Part shown: positions 42,085 to 52,047 of the stretch, piece after piece
How positions within the stretch are numbered: the stretch's first letter is position 1
Layout: every line of letters starts with the position of its first letter
Assembly (NCBI GenBank): GCA_050633305.1
Contig: JBOEGF010000043.1
Location: 160,001-224,000, forward strand
Direction of reading: 5' to 3'
Length of the DNA: 64,000 nucleotides
Origin: Nannocystales bacterium
GTDB taxonomy: Bacteria > Myxococcota_A > Polyangia > Nannocystales > Nannocystaceae
Program-made: the position numbers and the translations under genes
The notes under the pieces: model-generated
Told to the model about the DNA's origin: nothing
Database searches by the model: none
What the model saw: only the letters and a program-made list of their open reading frames with translations

Positions 42085-45000
42085 ATGCTTTCGACGCGCC
42101 TGCGGCCGTTTCTGACGCCCTGCGCGTCAGGGTGGGCCCGGTCCGTCGCCTTGCTGGCGGGGATGTTCGTTGTCGCGTTCTTGGCACTCACGCCAACGAG
42201 AGCACACGCGAGCAACCCGGACGTGAAGTGGAAGACGCTCGAGACCGAGCACTTCTACATCCACTACTGGGCGGGACAGGAGGACGCGGCGGAACGCACC
42301 GCGATGATCTCCGAGAAGGCGTACTACGAACTGACCGGCGCGTGGGGGCACGACGTCTATCTCAAGACGCATCTCACCCTCAGCGACTCCCAAGACACCG
42401 CGAACGGCCGAGCGACGGCCAACCCCTACCCACAGGTCGTCGCCTACGTGACCGCGCCCGAGTCACTCTCGGTCCTCGAGACCTACGACGACTGGCTCGA
42501 CATCCTGATCACGCACGAGTTGGTGCACGTCATTCACCTCGACACCGTGCACGGCATCGCTCGGGCGGTGAACGCTGTATTCGGACTTGGGGTGCTCGGC
42601 AAGATCACGACCCCGAACATTGTGCAGCCCCGGTGGGTCGTCGAAGGCGTCGCCACCATGCACGAGTCGAAGTACTCGTCCATGGGCCGGTTGCGGTCTG
42701 CGCAGTTCGATGCGCTGTTGCGGATGGCCGTCTTGGACGGAACTTTTCAGACGCTCGATCAGATCAGCAGCGGCGCCCGGGTGTTTCCGCATGGAACCTC
42801 GGTCTACCTCTACGGCGCGCACTTCATGCACTACATCCTTGCCCGCTATGGCGAGGACAAGATTCGAGATCTGAGCCACGTCTACGCGACGCAGGTCATC
42901 CCGTACGGCATGAACAAGGCGATCGAGAAGGTCCTTGGCGTCACGTTCTACCAGCTGTGGCAGGAGTTCAAGGCGGACACGACGCGTCGGTTTCAAGCCC
43001 AAGCGCGGCGCATTCGGGCGCGTGGTCTTCGGCAGGGGCGACGCCTGACGTTCGGTGGTGAGACCACCCGGTACCCGTTCTGGTCGCGAGACGACCGCTA
43101 CGTGTACTTCTACAAGGGAGACGGTCACCGCGACGAGGGGGTCAAGCGCATCCGCTCGGGCGGCGGTCGGATCCGTGACGGCGTTGGCATCGGTCGGCAA
43201 GGTGCCGACGTAGACCTTCAGCAGGTGTTCGACATGGAGGACCCCGGCGCGGCGAGCTTTGTCGGGGCAACAGACGACATCGTGTTCGATCAGACGGGGA
43301 CGTACGACTACCGCTATCGGTTCAGCGACTTGTGGCGGTGGAACGGTGGGGACCCTCGAGGGTCCGAGCAGCTCACGTTCGGTATCCGTGCGAGCGAGCC
43401 CGATGTCTCCCCCGATGGCCGCAGCGTCGTGTTCCGACGCAACGATGTCGCGCAGTCGCGGCTGGGCTTCCTCGAACTCGACACGGGCGATGTTCGGGAG
43501 CTGCCGCCCATCGATCGATTGTCGCAGGTGTACACACCGCGCTGGAGTCCGAGCGGGGAGAAGGTGGCCTTCTCCGGTTTCGTCGAGGGCGGCTACCGCG
43601 ACATCTACGTCTACGACCTCGCTTCGGAGACGACTCAGCGAATCACCGCCGATCGGCATCTCGACATGTCTCCGTCGTGGTCCCCTGATGGGCGTTACGT
43701 CGTATTCGGAAGCGACCGCGACGACGTCTACAACGTCTACGCGTGGGATACGAAGGCCGAGACTCTACATCAGGTCAGCAACGTCCTCGGAGGCGCCTTC
43801 GAGCCGCGGGTGAGTCACGACGGTGAGCGTCTCGCGTATATCGGGTACGGGAAGAACGGCTACGACCTGTGGGTGATGGACTTCGACCCGAAGGGGTGGC
43901 TTGCGGTCCTTCCCACCGTCACGGATCTTCCCCCGGTCCAAGACCCCAAGCCCCAGATCGCAGGCCAGAACGGGCGCCCGCTGTCGTTGCAGTCGCATCG
44001 CTATCGCGCGATTGACACCTTCTACCCCCGGCTCTTCTTCCCGACCGCATTCGACTTTCAGTCGAGCGACTTCGGGACGGGTCTCGGGTTCGAGGCCGGC
44101 ATCACCGATGTGCAGGGCTACCACTCGGCCCTCATGTTCTTCAACTACGATGCGGATCAGCGCCTTGCGTCCGGGGCCGCCTCGTATCGCTTCGACCGGC
44201 TGTGGCCTGCATTCACATTCGGCGCGAGCCGAGGGATGGTGAACCGCGGTGGTTTCACGCGCTTCGACTATGATCGGCCGCTGGGGGCGGAGAACGATTC
44301 CTACGTCGTCTCGGGGTACCGCGAGCGTGTCAGTCGGCTGTCGCTCGGGACGAGTCTGCCCATCGTTCGCCACGCGCAGCACTCGGCCTCCTTCGGTGCC
44401 GAGTACGTATGGCGTCGCTGGGAGAACCTCGATGCCGACAGCGTGTTGATCGACCCCAACGCCCCCATCACACGCCTGCCCGAGGTCGGCGACGCAGGGG
44501 AGATCGCCTTCTCGACCTCGTATTCGAACGAGTCGGATGGGGGAGGGCGCTTCAGCTTTGGAGTTGAGCAGGGCCGCTCGGTGTCGGTTCGGGTTGGCGT
44601 GCTCGATCGTCGGCTCGGCGGCGAGTTCGGCGACATCAATACGAGCGTGTCGTACAACGAAACGATCCCAATGCCGTGGCGTGGACATCAATCCCTCGCG
44701 CTGCGGTGGCGAGGCGGCGCTTCGGCCGGTGGCTTTCGGCGCGGGGCGTTTTGCGTCGGGGACTACATCTCCGGCGGCGACGCCATTCGGGCCCTGCTCG
44801 GTCGGACCGGGTTTGGAACGTCGGGTTGCAGTCTGTTGCGCGGCTATGGGGTCGGTGCAGCCGATGGACGGTACTTTGCCCGCGCCACCGCCGAGTACCG
44901 CATTCCACTGGCGGACGTGGATCGCGGTGTGGGTACCCTGCCGGTGTTCATGTCACGGGTCGGGCTGATCCCGTTCGTCGACGTCGGCAACGCGTGGACC

Positions 45001-45171
45001 GACCCGACCGATGTCCGGGACGTGTTGGCGGGCAGTGGGGCAGCGCTCGTCTTCTCGTTCCGCATGGGATACGCGGAGGGCATCAACGTGTTCCTCAAGT
45101 ATGCCCACGGATTCATGCGGTCACTGGGCGGAACGGACACGTTCCGCTTGGTCGTCTCGACGAGCTTCTGA
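42085..45171 (+). CDS. Metallopeptidase-like + TolB/PD40 propeller + Omp85/BamA-type barrel protein
   Basis: Signal peptide, WKTLETEHF, THELVH..WVVEGVA, repeated PxWSPDG blades, C-terminal LRGY..AEYRIPL..FVDVGNAW and terminal Phe. Confidence 0.8.
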   Translation: MLSTRLRPFLTPCASGWARSVALLAGMFVVAFLALTPTRAHASNPDVKWKTLETEHFYIHYWAGQEDAAERTAMISEKAYYELTGAWGHDVYLKTHLTLSDSQDTANGRATANPYPQVVAYVTAPESLSVLETYDDWLDILITHELVHVIHLDTVHGIARAVNAVFGLGVLGKITTPNIVQPRWVVEGVATMHESKYSSMGRLRSAQFDALLRMAVLDGTFQTLDQISSGARVFPHGTSVYLYGAHFMHYILARYGEDKIRDLSHVYATQVIPYGMNKAIEKVLGVTFYQLWQEFKADTTRRFQAQARRIRARGLRQGRRLTFGGETTRYPFWSRDDRYVYFYKGDGHRDEGVKRIRSGGGRIRDGVGIGRQGADVDLQQVFDMEDPGAASFVGATDDIVFDQTGTYDYRYRFSDLWRWNGGDPRGSEQLTFGIRASEPDVSPDGRSVVFRRNDVAQSRLGFLELDTGDVRELPPIDRLSQVYTPRWSPSGEKVAFSGFVEGGYRDIYVYDLASETTQRITADRHLDMSPSWSPDGRYVVFGSDRDDVYNVYAWDTKAETLHQVSNVLGGAFEPRVSHDGERLAYIGYGKNGYDLWVMDFDPKGWLAVLPTVTDLPPVQDPKPQIAGQNGRPLSLQSHRYRAIDTFYPRLFFPTAFDFQSSDFGTGLGFEAGITDVQGYHSALMFFNYDADQRLASGAASYRFDRLWPAFTFGASRGMVNRGGFTRFDYDRPLGAENDSYVVSGYRERVSRLSLGTSLPIVRHAQHSASFGAEYVWRRWENLDADSVLIDPNAPITRLPEVGDAGEIAFSTSYSNESDGGGRFSFGVEQGRSVSVRVGVLDRRLGGEFGDINTSVSYNETIPMPWRGHQSLALRWRGGASAGGFRRGAFCVGDYISGGDAIRALLGRTGFGTSGCSLLRGYGVGAADGRYFARATAEYRIPLADVDRGVGTLPVFMSRVGLIPFVDVGNAWTDPTDVRDVLAGSGAALVFSFRMGYAEGINVFLKYAHGFMRSLGGTDTFRLVVSTSF

Positions 45172-45193
45172 GCCCAGCGTAGGCTTGCGCAAG

Positions 45194-46702
45194 GTGTCGG
45201 ACGCTTCGACCAGCAGGCCCAACAGAGCTCGCATCGCGCAGGGCTGGGCTCGTCTTGTTGCGTGGTTGTTCTCGTCCGAGTGTTCGGCTGCGCTGGCCAT
45301 CTACCGCATCCTGTGGGGCGGCCTGATGGCGTGGGAGTCGTGGCGGTACTACATCCACGGTTGGACGTACCGCTACTACGTGGAGCCGAGCTTCCTGTTC
45401 AAGTACCCCGGCTTTGAGTGGGTCGAGGCGCTTGAGGGCCCGGGCATCGGGGCCCTGTCGATTGTGTTGATCGCGTCCGCGGTGCTCGTATCGGTCGGGC
45501 TGCTGTACCGACTGGCCTCGGCGGTGTTCTTCCTGGCGCACACCTACGAGTTCCTCCTTGGCGCGGCGAACTACCTCAACCACGCGTACCTGATCAGCTT
45601 GCTGGCGGGGTTGATGATCCTCGTTCCTGCCCATCGCACGTTGTCCCTCGACGCGCTGATCCGGCCTAAGGTCGCCTCGAGCGTTGTTGCGGTGTGGCCC
45701 CGAGCGCTGATCCTCATCCAGCTGGGCATCGTTTACGTCTACGGGGCGGTCGCGAAGTTCAACGTGGACTGGATGGTCTACCACCAGCCGATTCGGCGCT
45801 GGATGAAGGGCTCCGCGAACCGGGTCGCGAAGACGCCTTGGATACGCTGGGTGGAGTCGGTGCAACAATCGGTCTTTCCCGATGGAGTTCCGCTGACCGA
45901 GCGCTTGCACGACTTCGTCGCCTCGGAGGCCTTCACGGTGTTCATCGCGCACGGCGGGGTGCTCTTCGACCTTCTCATCGCACCCGCGTTGGCGTGGAAG
46001 AAGACGCGTCGGTTCGCGGTGGTCGCCGCGGTCGGATTCCACGTCTCGAACATGCACTTGTTCTCGATCGGGGTGTTTCCTTGGCTGATGCTGGCGGCAA
46101 CGACCCTGTTCTTGGAGCCCGATTGGGCGTTTCGGATTCCGAAGCTCGGGGCAAGGCTGGAGCGCGCGGTCACGTGGATGTCGTCGCGCGGGGCCGGGAT
46201 TGTCGCCGTGCCGAAGCGCGCGAGCGTCTGGGCTGCGCTGTGGGTCGCGTACCTGTCCGTGCAGATTCTCGTCCCGCTGCGACACCATCTGTACCCGGGC
46301 GATGTCGCGTGGACCGAGGAGGGGCACGTTTGCTCGTGGCGGATGAAGCTGCGCTCCAAGAAGGGCTCGGTGAAGTTCCGCGTGGTGGATGTGGTCACGC
46401 AGGAAACGTGGACCGTGGATCCGAAGACCGAGCTGACCAAGAGACAGGCTCGGAAGATCCGAGGGAAGCCCGAACTCATCCGGCAATATGCCAACCATCT
46501 GGTCGAGCGTTACCGCCGGGACGAAGACCGAATCGTGAACGTATACGTCGACGCGATGACTGCCTTGAACTATCGAAAACCGCAGCGCTTCATCGATCCT
46601 GACTTCGAGCTGGGTCACGAGCCCGCATCGCTGGGCCCGTATCGCTGGGTGCTGCCGATGAAGTGGTCCGAGCCGCCGCATCCCGGAGCCGCAACACCAT
46701 GA
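45194..46702 (+). CDS. HTTM-domain / vitamin K-dependent gamma-carboxylase-like protein
   Basis: FKYPGFEWV, YLNHAYL, YGAVAKFNVDW, FHVSN..IGVFP, PLRHHLYPGDVAWTEEGH..SWRMKLRSK, LNYRKPQRFIDP; start approximate. Confidence 0.87.
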   Translation: MSDASTSRPNRARIAQGWARLVAWLFSSECSAALAIYRILWGGLMAWESWRYYIHGWTYRYYVEPSFLFKYPGFEWVEALEGPGIGALSIVLIASAVLVSVGLLYRLASAVFFLAHTYEFLLGAANYLNHAYLISLLAGLMILVPAHRTLSLDALIRPKVASSVVAVWPRALILIQLGIVYVYGAVAKFNVDWMVYHQPIRRWMKGSANRVAKTPWIRWVESVQQSVFPDGVPLTERLHDFVASEAFTVFIAHGGVLFDLLIAPALAWKKTRRFAVVAAVGFHVSNMHLFSIGVFPWLMLAATTLFLEPDWAFRIPKLGARLERAVTWMSSRGAGIVAVPKRASVWAALWVAYLSVQILVPLRHHLYPGDVAWTEEGHVCSWRMKLRSKKGSVKFRVVDVVTQETWTVDPKTELTKRQARKIRGKPELIRQYANHLVERYRRDEDRIVNVYVDAMTALNYRKPQRFIDPDFELGHEPASLGPYRWVLPMKWSEPPHPGAATP

Positions 46703-47241
46703 CCGGAACCCTTCGTGTTGCGCTCGTGCACCACCCGGTGCTCAACCGCCACGGTGAAGAGATCGCGTCGGTCGTGGATGAGTTCGATGTCTTCGATGGT
46801 GGTCGCCTCGCGCTGACCTACGGCGTTCCGACGCTGTATGTGGTCAACCCCGTCCCCGCGCAGCGGGACAAGGCGCAACGCGTCATCGCGCATGGTCAGA
46901 GTGACACGCGCGACCCGGCGCGGGGTCGCATGGACGCGCTGCAGTGGTGTGCGAGCCTCGAGGACGCGATCGAAGATGCGTCTCGACCGGAGGTCCCTTG
47001 GGTCGTCGCGACGAGTGCCGTCGCGCGGGAACCCGCAGCATCCGTCTCGGGCGTGCGTGAGGCGGTTCGCGGCGGACGGGACGTGCTGTTGGTGATCGGG
47101 AAAGCGTGGGGACTGGCGCCCCAGGTGCTAGAGCGGTGCGACGCGCAACTGGCTCCGATCGACGCGGGGACGGGCTTCAACCACCTCTCGGTTCGCAGTG
47201 CAATGGCGATCCTCATCGATCGACTCTGTGCCCCGGCGTAG
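46699..47241 (+). CDS. SPOUT-class RNA methyltransferase (TrmD-associated family)
   Basis: ALVHHPVLN..TYGV, VATSA, GKAWGL, FNHLSVRSAMAILIDRL. Confidence 0.8.
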   Translation: MTGTLRVALVHHPVLNRHGEEIASVVDEFDVFDGGRLALTYGVPTLYVVNPVPAQRDKAQRVIAHGQSDTRDPARGRMDALQWCASLEDAIEDASRPEVPWVVATSAVAREPAASVSGVREAVRGGRDVLLVIGKAWGLAPQVLERCDAQLAPIDAGTGFNHLSVRSAMAILIDRLCAPA

Positions 47242-47256
47242 AACCGGCCGTGGGTG

Positions 47257-48345
47257 TCATGAGAGGCCGTCGAGGGCGTCCCACAGGGCGGCGGCGCGGC
47301 GCGTCGGCTCGTACGCACTGAGCTCTCGGCGGAACGAGTAGTTGCGACGGAGGTTCTCGAAAACCGCGGCGCGTTCGTGCCCTCGAGGCTGGAGTCGTGC
47401 ACGCATCTCCGCGTCGGTGGAGTGCAGAGAGTGCACGACGCCTAGTACTGAGGCGGCATCGGCGTCCGCCGCCAATGGGCGGGGCGCTGGGAGGACGGCA
47501 CTCGCATCGAAGGTCGGGGCGAGCCCAAACGTCCGACAGAACGCGGCATGAATCATCGCGGTGCCGCGGGCCTTTCCTTCCGCGGTGTAGCCGGCGATGT
47601 GGGGCGTAGCCAGGCGAACGCGAGGATGCGAGAGCAGGGGCCAACGCAGGTTCGGCTCGCCTTCCCAGACGTCGAGCACCGCCTCTCCGCGGCCAGCGTC
47701 GAGCCACGCATGCAGGGCCGCGTTGTCCAGCACGTCTCCGCGGCTGGTGTTGAGGACGAGCGCGTCTGGCCGGACGCGGCGCAACCCCTCTGCGTCGAGC
47801 AAGTGTTTGGTCTTGTGGGCGCCGTCCCGAACGCGTGGCACATGAAACGAAAGCGTGTTGCAGCGCTCGAGCAGCGCGTCGAGCGAGAGGAAGGCTTCGG
47901 GGTCCGCGTTCGCTTCGGCACGTGGCGGATCACAGACCCACACCTCGAACCCAAGTCGTCGCAGCGCGGTGACGAGCCGCCGACCGATCTGCCCAAACCC
48001 CACGACGCCCACCGGACCGCGGAGCTCGGAGTGACCCAACGTCGCCGCCAGGACGTACTCGACCACGGCGCGTGCGTTGCATCCCGGGGCGTGGGCGAAC
48101 GTGATGCCCGCCGCACGGAGCGCGGGGACGTCGACGTGGTCGATGCCAGCGGTCGCACTACCCACAAACCGGACGTTGGTCCCTTGCAGCAGGTCTGCAT
48201 CGACCCGGGTCACACTGCGCACGACAAGGGCGTCTGCGGCGAGGAGATGCGCCTTCGTGATCTCGGCGCCGCGGACTCGAACGGGGTCCGAGAACGCGTC
48301 TGCAAGATGCGGGATCGCGTCGTCGGCGACGACCCTAGGGATCAC
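47257..48345 (-). CDS. pdxB: 4-phosphoerythronate dehydrogenase
   Basis: ADDAIP, ALVVRSVTRV, FVGSATAGIDHVD, APGCNARAVVEYV, LDVWEGEP, TPHIAGYTAEGKARGT. Confidence 0.9.
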   Translation of the reverse strand: MIPRVVADDAIPHLADAFSDPVRVRGAEITKAHLLAADALVVRSVTRVDADLLQGTNVRFVGSATAGIDHVDVPALRAAGITFAHAPGCNARAVVEYVLAATLGHSELRGPVGVVGFGQIGRRLVTALRRLGFEVWVCDPPRAEANADPEAFLSLDALLERCNTLSFHVPRVRDGAHKTKHLLDAEGLRRVRPDALVLNTSRGDVLDNAALHAWLDAGRGEAVLDVWEGEPNLRWPLLSHPRVRLATPHIAGYTAEGKARGTAMIHAAFCRTFGLAPTFDASAVLPAPRPLAADADAASVLGVVHSLHSTDAEMRARLQPRGHERAAVFENLRRNYSFRRELSAYEPTRRAAALWDALDGLS

Positions 48346-49553
48346 GATGGACCGATGGCGCGGACCTCGACCGAGAGGATGTCCTGGTGCGCCCGGAGCT
48401 TGGTCAGCAATCCGTCGGTGGGTTCGCGCTGCACGACGATGGTTGCGCTTGCCGCTTCGTTCCCGCGGAAGATGACGTTTTGCATCTCTTGGACGTTGGT
48501 GTCCTCTTCTCGGAGTGACTGCAGCACCGACGCGAGGACGCCGACGCGGTCGCGGTGGCGGACGACGATGCTCCAGCCGGTCTCGCGTTGCGGGACGACA
48601 TTGACCACGTTGGCAACCTCGCCACTGTCCATGTAGCCGCCGATGATGCGTACGACTTCGGCTGCGGTGGCGAGCTGTGCTTGCTCGGTCGAAGCGCCAA
48701 TGTGGGGGGTTCCGTAGATGCCCGCGACGTTCTGCAGCGGGGTCTCGAAGGCTGCGTCGCCTCCAGCGGGCTCTTCTTCGAAGACGTCGAGGCCGGCGCG
48801 AACCTTGCCACTGGAGACCGCATCTCGGAGCGCCGCGTCGTCCACCACCCCGCCGCGGGCGGTGTGCAGGAACATCGCGCCGTCTTTCATGCGGGCAAAC
48901 TGCGACGCGCCGATCAGGTGCTTGGTCGCTGCGCTGAACGGGACGTGCACGCTGATCGCATCGCACTCGTCGAGCAGGTCATCGAGTTGTGCGTAGGCCT
49001 TGACCCCGAATGCGCTGGCCCGGCTCTCGGTCAGGCTTCGGCTGTAGGCACCCACCTCCATGCCGAACGCCTGGGCTCGGGCCGCGACGGCCTGGGCGAT
49101 CGCGCCGAAGCCGACGAGTCCGAGCCGTCGACCAAGCAAGCCGGCGGCCTTGCCGTAGTGCTTCTTCCGCCACTTCCCCGCGCGCAGGTCAGCGACGGCG
49201 TCGGGGATACGCCGGTCCATCGCAAGGAGGAGCCCCATGGTGAGCTCCGCCACGGCGATCGCGTTGCGTCCGGGGCAGTTGGCCACGAAGACGCCGTTGC
49301 GACTCGCGGCGTCGAGGTCGATCGTGTTGACCCCAGCTCCGGCCCGAACCACGAGGCCGAGCCCCGAAGCCGCATCGAACGCGGCTGCGGTGACCTTGGT
49401 CGAGCGCACCACAAGCGCCCCGGCGCCGGTCTCACGCAGGGCTTCTGGGATGGTCTCGGCGTTGAGATCGGGCCTGGAATCGACCGTCAAGCCGAGATCG
49501 CGCAGGTTTGCGAGTCCTGCAGCAGGCAACTTGTCAGCGATGAGCACCAGCAT
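48342..49553 (-). CDS. serA: D-3-phosphoglycerate dehydrogenase-like with ACT domain
   Basis: RAGAGVNTID, NAIAVAEL, GFGAIA, ARGGVVD, TPHIGASTEQAQ, C-terminal HRDRVGVLA. Confidence 0.85.
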   Translation of the reverse strand: MLVLIADKLPAAGLANLRDLGLTVDSRPDLNAETIPEALRETGAGALVVRSTKVTAAAFDAASGLGLVVRAGAGVNTIDLDAASRNGVFVANCPGRNAIAVAELTMGLLLAMDRRIPDAVADLRAGKWRKKHYGKAAGLLGRRLGLVGFGAIAQAVAARAQAFGMEVGAYSRSLTESRASAFGVKAYAQLDDLLDECDAISVHVPFSAATKHLIGASQFARMKDGAMFLHTARGGVVDDAALRDAVSSGKVRAGLDVFEEEPAGGDAAFETPLQNVAGIYGTPHIGASTEQAQLATAAEVVRIIGGYMDSGEVANVVNVVPQRETGWSIVVRHRDRVGVLASVLQSLREEDTNVQEMQNVIFRGNEAASATIVVQREPTDGLLTKLRAHQDILSVEVRAIGPS

Positions 49554-49612
49554 CCGCCTTCGTTTATCACAGGGGTGGCGCGCCTCCGCGGGCCGCGATA
49601 TCCCATCGATGC

Positions 49613-51622
49613 GTGAGCTTGCGACGACGAGCAATGGCCTGGTGCGTCGGCGCGACGTTGTTGCTTGGGTGTGACACGCAGCCGGTCGCCGAACCCGAGG
49701 ATCCCGCCGTCTCCGAGACGTCCACCGGCACGCCGCAGGAGCCCGGTGAATCACCGCCTGTCGAGGCACCGCCGACCGAGCCCGAGGGCCCCAAGCCCGT
49801 GGTGTTGCCCAAGCCGGAGGCCGCGGGGAACTGCCCCGAGAACGACGACCCGGCGGTCGGGATTCTGCTCAACCCGCGCCAACCGGTCCGCGGCGAAACG
49901 GTGACTGTACTCGCGGCGACGCTTCGGACCGAAGCGCCGCTCGCCCTTCGGCTTCAGGGAAAAGGCGACACGCCAGAGGTCCAGCTGACCCACCGCTACG
50001 GTGTGCCCTCGGCGGTGATCGGTCGGTTCACGGCGAACGACGAGGTTCGAGTCGTCGTGGGACAAGAGGGACGCGGCCTCGCGTGTCTCACGGTTCGTCC
50101 CAAAGGAGCATCGTCGTCCCGCCCTCGGCGGACGAGTGACGACGGTGTCTGGCCCGTCACCCGCGGGTGGGATGCCGGGGAAGAGGCACTGTTCTCGGCC
50201 TGGGTGCGGGAGCTGTTCACCGCACCCCGGGGCGAAGAGCTGGCGTGGGAGCGCTTCGACCTGGTGAGCGCAGACGCGACGCGCAACCTGCTGCATGACC
50301 ACAACAATTGGTCCGAGGACGCCCCGCAAGACTCGGGCGGGCTGCGGCTCAAGCCCGACTGCGCCGACCTCCCCTACTTTCTGCGGGCCTACTACTCGTG
50401 GAAGCGCCAGCTCCCATTCGGGTTCCGCCGTTGTTCTCGCGGGCGGGGCAAGGCTCCCGAGTGTGGGATGCTCCGCGGGAGTCTCGGGCCGCCCGAGAAC
50501 CCTCCGGACGCCCGCAAGCCGGGGGAGCTGGGCGCCGTGCAGAAGTTCTTCCGCCGCACCCTCGCCTGGGGGGTGCACTCGGGCAACGGCCGGACCGCCC
50601 TGAACGCGGATGACACCGACCTGTATCCGGTGGCCCTGCGCCGCGATGCCCTGCGACCCGGGACGACGTATGCCGATCCCTACGGGCACCTGTTCGTGCT
50701 CGTCGAGTGGGTGCCGCCTGCGCCGGGTGAGCCGGGCATCTTGTACGCCGTCGATGGTCAGCCCGATGGCAGCATCACGCGCAAGCGCTTCTGGGAGGGC
50801 AACTTCTTGTGGAACCCAGACCCGAGCCTGGGGGGCAGTGGATTCAAGGCGTTCCGCCCCCACCTGACCGAGACCGCGGATGGCACCCGGAGCGTTGCTG
50901 TGCCCACGAACGCCCAGCTGGCGTCGATGCCCGGGTACGAGGATTTCAGCATGGAGCAGGGCTCGCTCGAACCCGAGGCCTTCTACGATCAGATGGACGC
51001 CCTGATCACGCCGGGCCATCGCGACGCGATTGCCGATCAGCGTGCTGCCATGGCGGCGCTCCTCGAAGCGGCCAAGGTTCGCGTGACCTCGGTGAAGAAC
51101 GGGGATGCGCATGTCGCCAAGGGGGCGACCATCGAGATGCCCAGCGGTCACGCGATCTTCGAGACCACGGGCGCGTGGGAAAACTTCTCCACGCCCGCGC
51201 GCGACCTTCGACTGCTGATCGCCATCGACCTGGTCCGGGGGTTCGAGGACAAAGTCGCGCGCAACGCCGACGTTTACGTTCGGGGCGGCCAGTCGATGGA
51301 GGCATTGCGGGCTGAGTTGAAGACCGCTCGGGAAGCGCTCCTGGCCGACCCGAAGGCAACATTTTCGTACGTCCGCAGCGACGGCTCTGCGTGGACACTG
51401 ACCGTGGCCGACTTGGTCGCCCGCGCCGAAGCCTTCGAGCTCGGCTACAACCCGAACGACTGTCCCGAAATCCGGTGGGGGGCGCCGGAGGGGAGCGACG
51501 AGCGCAAACCCTGTCGTCGTCGGGCCCCCGAGTTGCAGCGCCGAAAGATGGCCGCCTATCGGCCGTGGTTTGCCAAGCGACAGCGCCCGCCCCGTGGGGA
51601 CCCTGGGCCTGCGGTGGAGTGA
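49613..51622 (+). CDS. Conserved hypothetical lipoprotein (possible papain-like Cys-His enzyme)
   Basis: LLLGC lipobox; DCADLPYFLRAYY, RPGTTYADPYGHLFVL, VDGQPD; start 49613 or 49634. Confidence 0.7.
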   Translation: MSLRRRAMAWCVGATLLLGCDTQPVAEPEDPAVSETSTGTPQEPGESPPVEAPPTEPEGPKPVVLPKPEAAGNCPENDDPAVGILLNPRQPVRGETVTVLAATLRTEAPLALRLQGKGDTPEVQLTHRYGVPSAVIGRFTANDEVRVVVGQEGRGLACLTVRPKGASSSRPRRTSDDGVWPVTRGWDAGEEALFSAWVRELFTAPRGEELAWERFDLVSADATRNLLHDHNNWSEDAPQDSGGLRLKPDCADLPYFLRAYYSWKRQLPFGFRRCSRGRGKAPECGMLRGSLGPPENPPDARKPGELGAVQKFFRRTLAWGVHSGNGRTALNADDTDLYPVALRRDALRPGTTYADPYGHLFVLVEWVPPAPGEPGILYAVDGQPDGSITRKRFWEGNFLWNPDPSLGGSGFKAFRPHLTETADGTRSVAVPTNAQLASMPGYEDFSMEQGSLEPEAFYDQMDALITPGHRDAIADQRAAMAALLEAAKVRVTSVKNGDAHVAKGATIEMPSGHAIFETTGAWENFSTPARDLRLLIAIDLVRGFEDKVARNADVYVRGGQSMEALRAELKTAREALLADPKATFSYVRSDGSAWTLTVADLVARAEAFELGYNPNDCPEIRWGAPEGSDERKPCRRRAPELQRRKMAAYRPWFAKRQRPPRGDPGPAVE

Positions 51623-51717
51623 GGACCACTGCGGGGCGCTGCCGCGATCCGGGCGCCTTCGCTCGAAGACGCATCACAACCCCGAGCCGGGGAATGCGAT
51701 ACGCTTTGCAGGACGTC

Positions 51718-52047
51718 ATGGCGTTTGAAGACAAGCGACGGACCAGGCGATTCGACGTTCAACTCGCGCTGCGTGTGCGACGTGGCGACGAAGACGTGAC
51801 CGGGATGACCCAGAACCTCAGCCTCGGCGGGATGCTGGCCTCGGTGCCTTTCGAGCCTCCGCTTCGGCTCGGGGACAAGGTGCGTGTGAGCTTCTCGGTG
51901 CCCCAGCTCTCGGAGCCGATCGAAGTCGATGCTGAGGTGCGTTGGACTGCCGGGTCCGGAATCGGGTTGCAGTTCGCGGCTGGTCTTCGGGCCAAGCAAA
52001 CCTGGGCGTTGGGCAAGTTCCTCGACTCCCTGGGAAGCGGAGCGTGA
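51718..52047 (+). CDS. Stand-alone PilZ domain protein
   Basis: RRTRR (RxxxR) and NLSLGG (N/DxSxxG), EVRW..GIGLQF. Confidence 0.88.
   Translation: MAFEDKRRTRRFDVQLALRVRRGDEDVTGMTQNLSLGGMLASVPFEPPLRLGDKVRVSFSVPQLSEPIEVDAEVRWTAGSGIGLQFAAGLRAKQTWALGKFLDSLGSGA

Noticed and set aside
47257..49553. serA-pdxB tandem as a recent duplication
   Set aside because: Distinct, well-known D-2-hydroxyacid dehydrogenase subfamilies with no obvious DNA-level repeat
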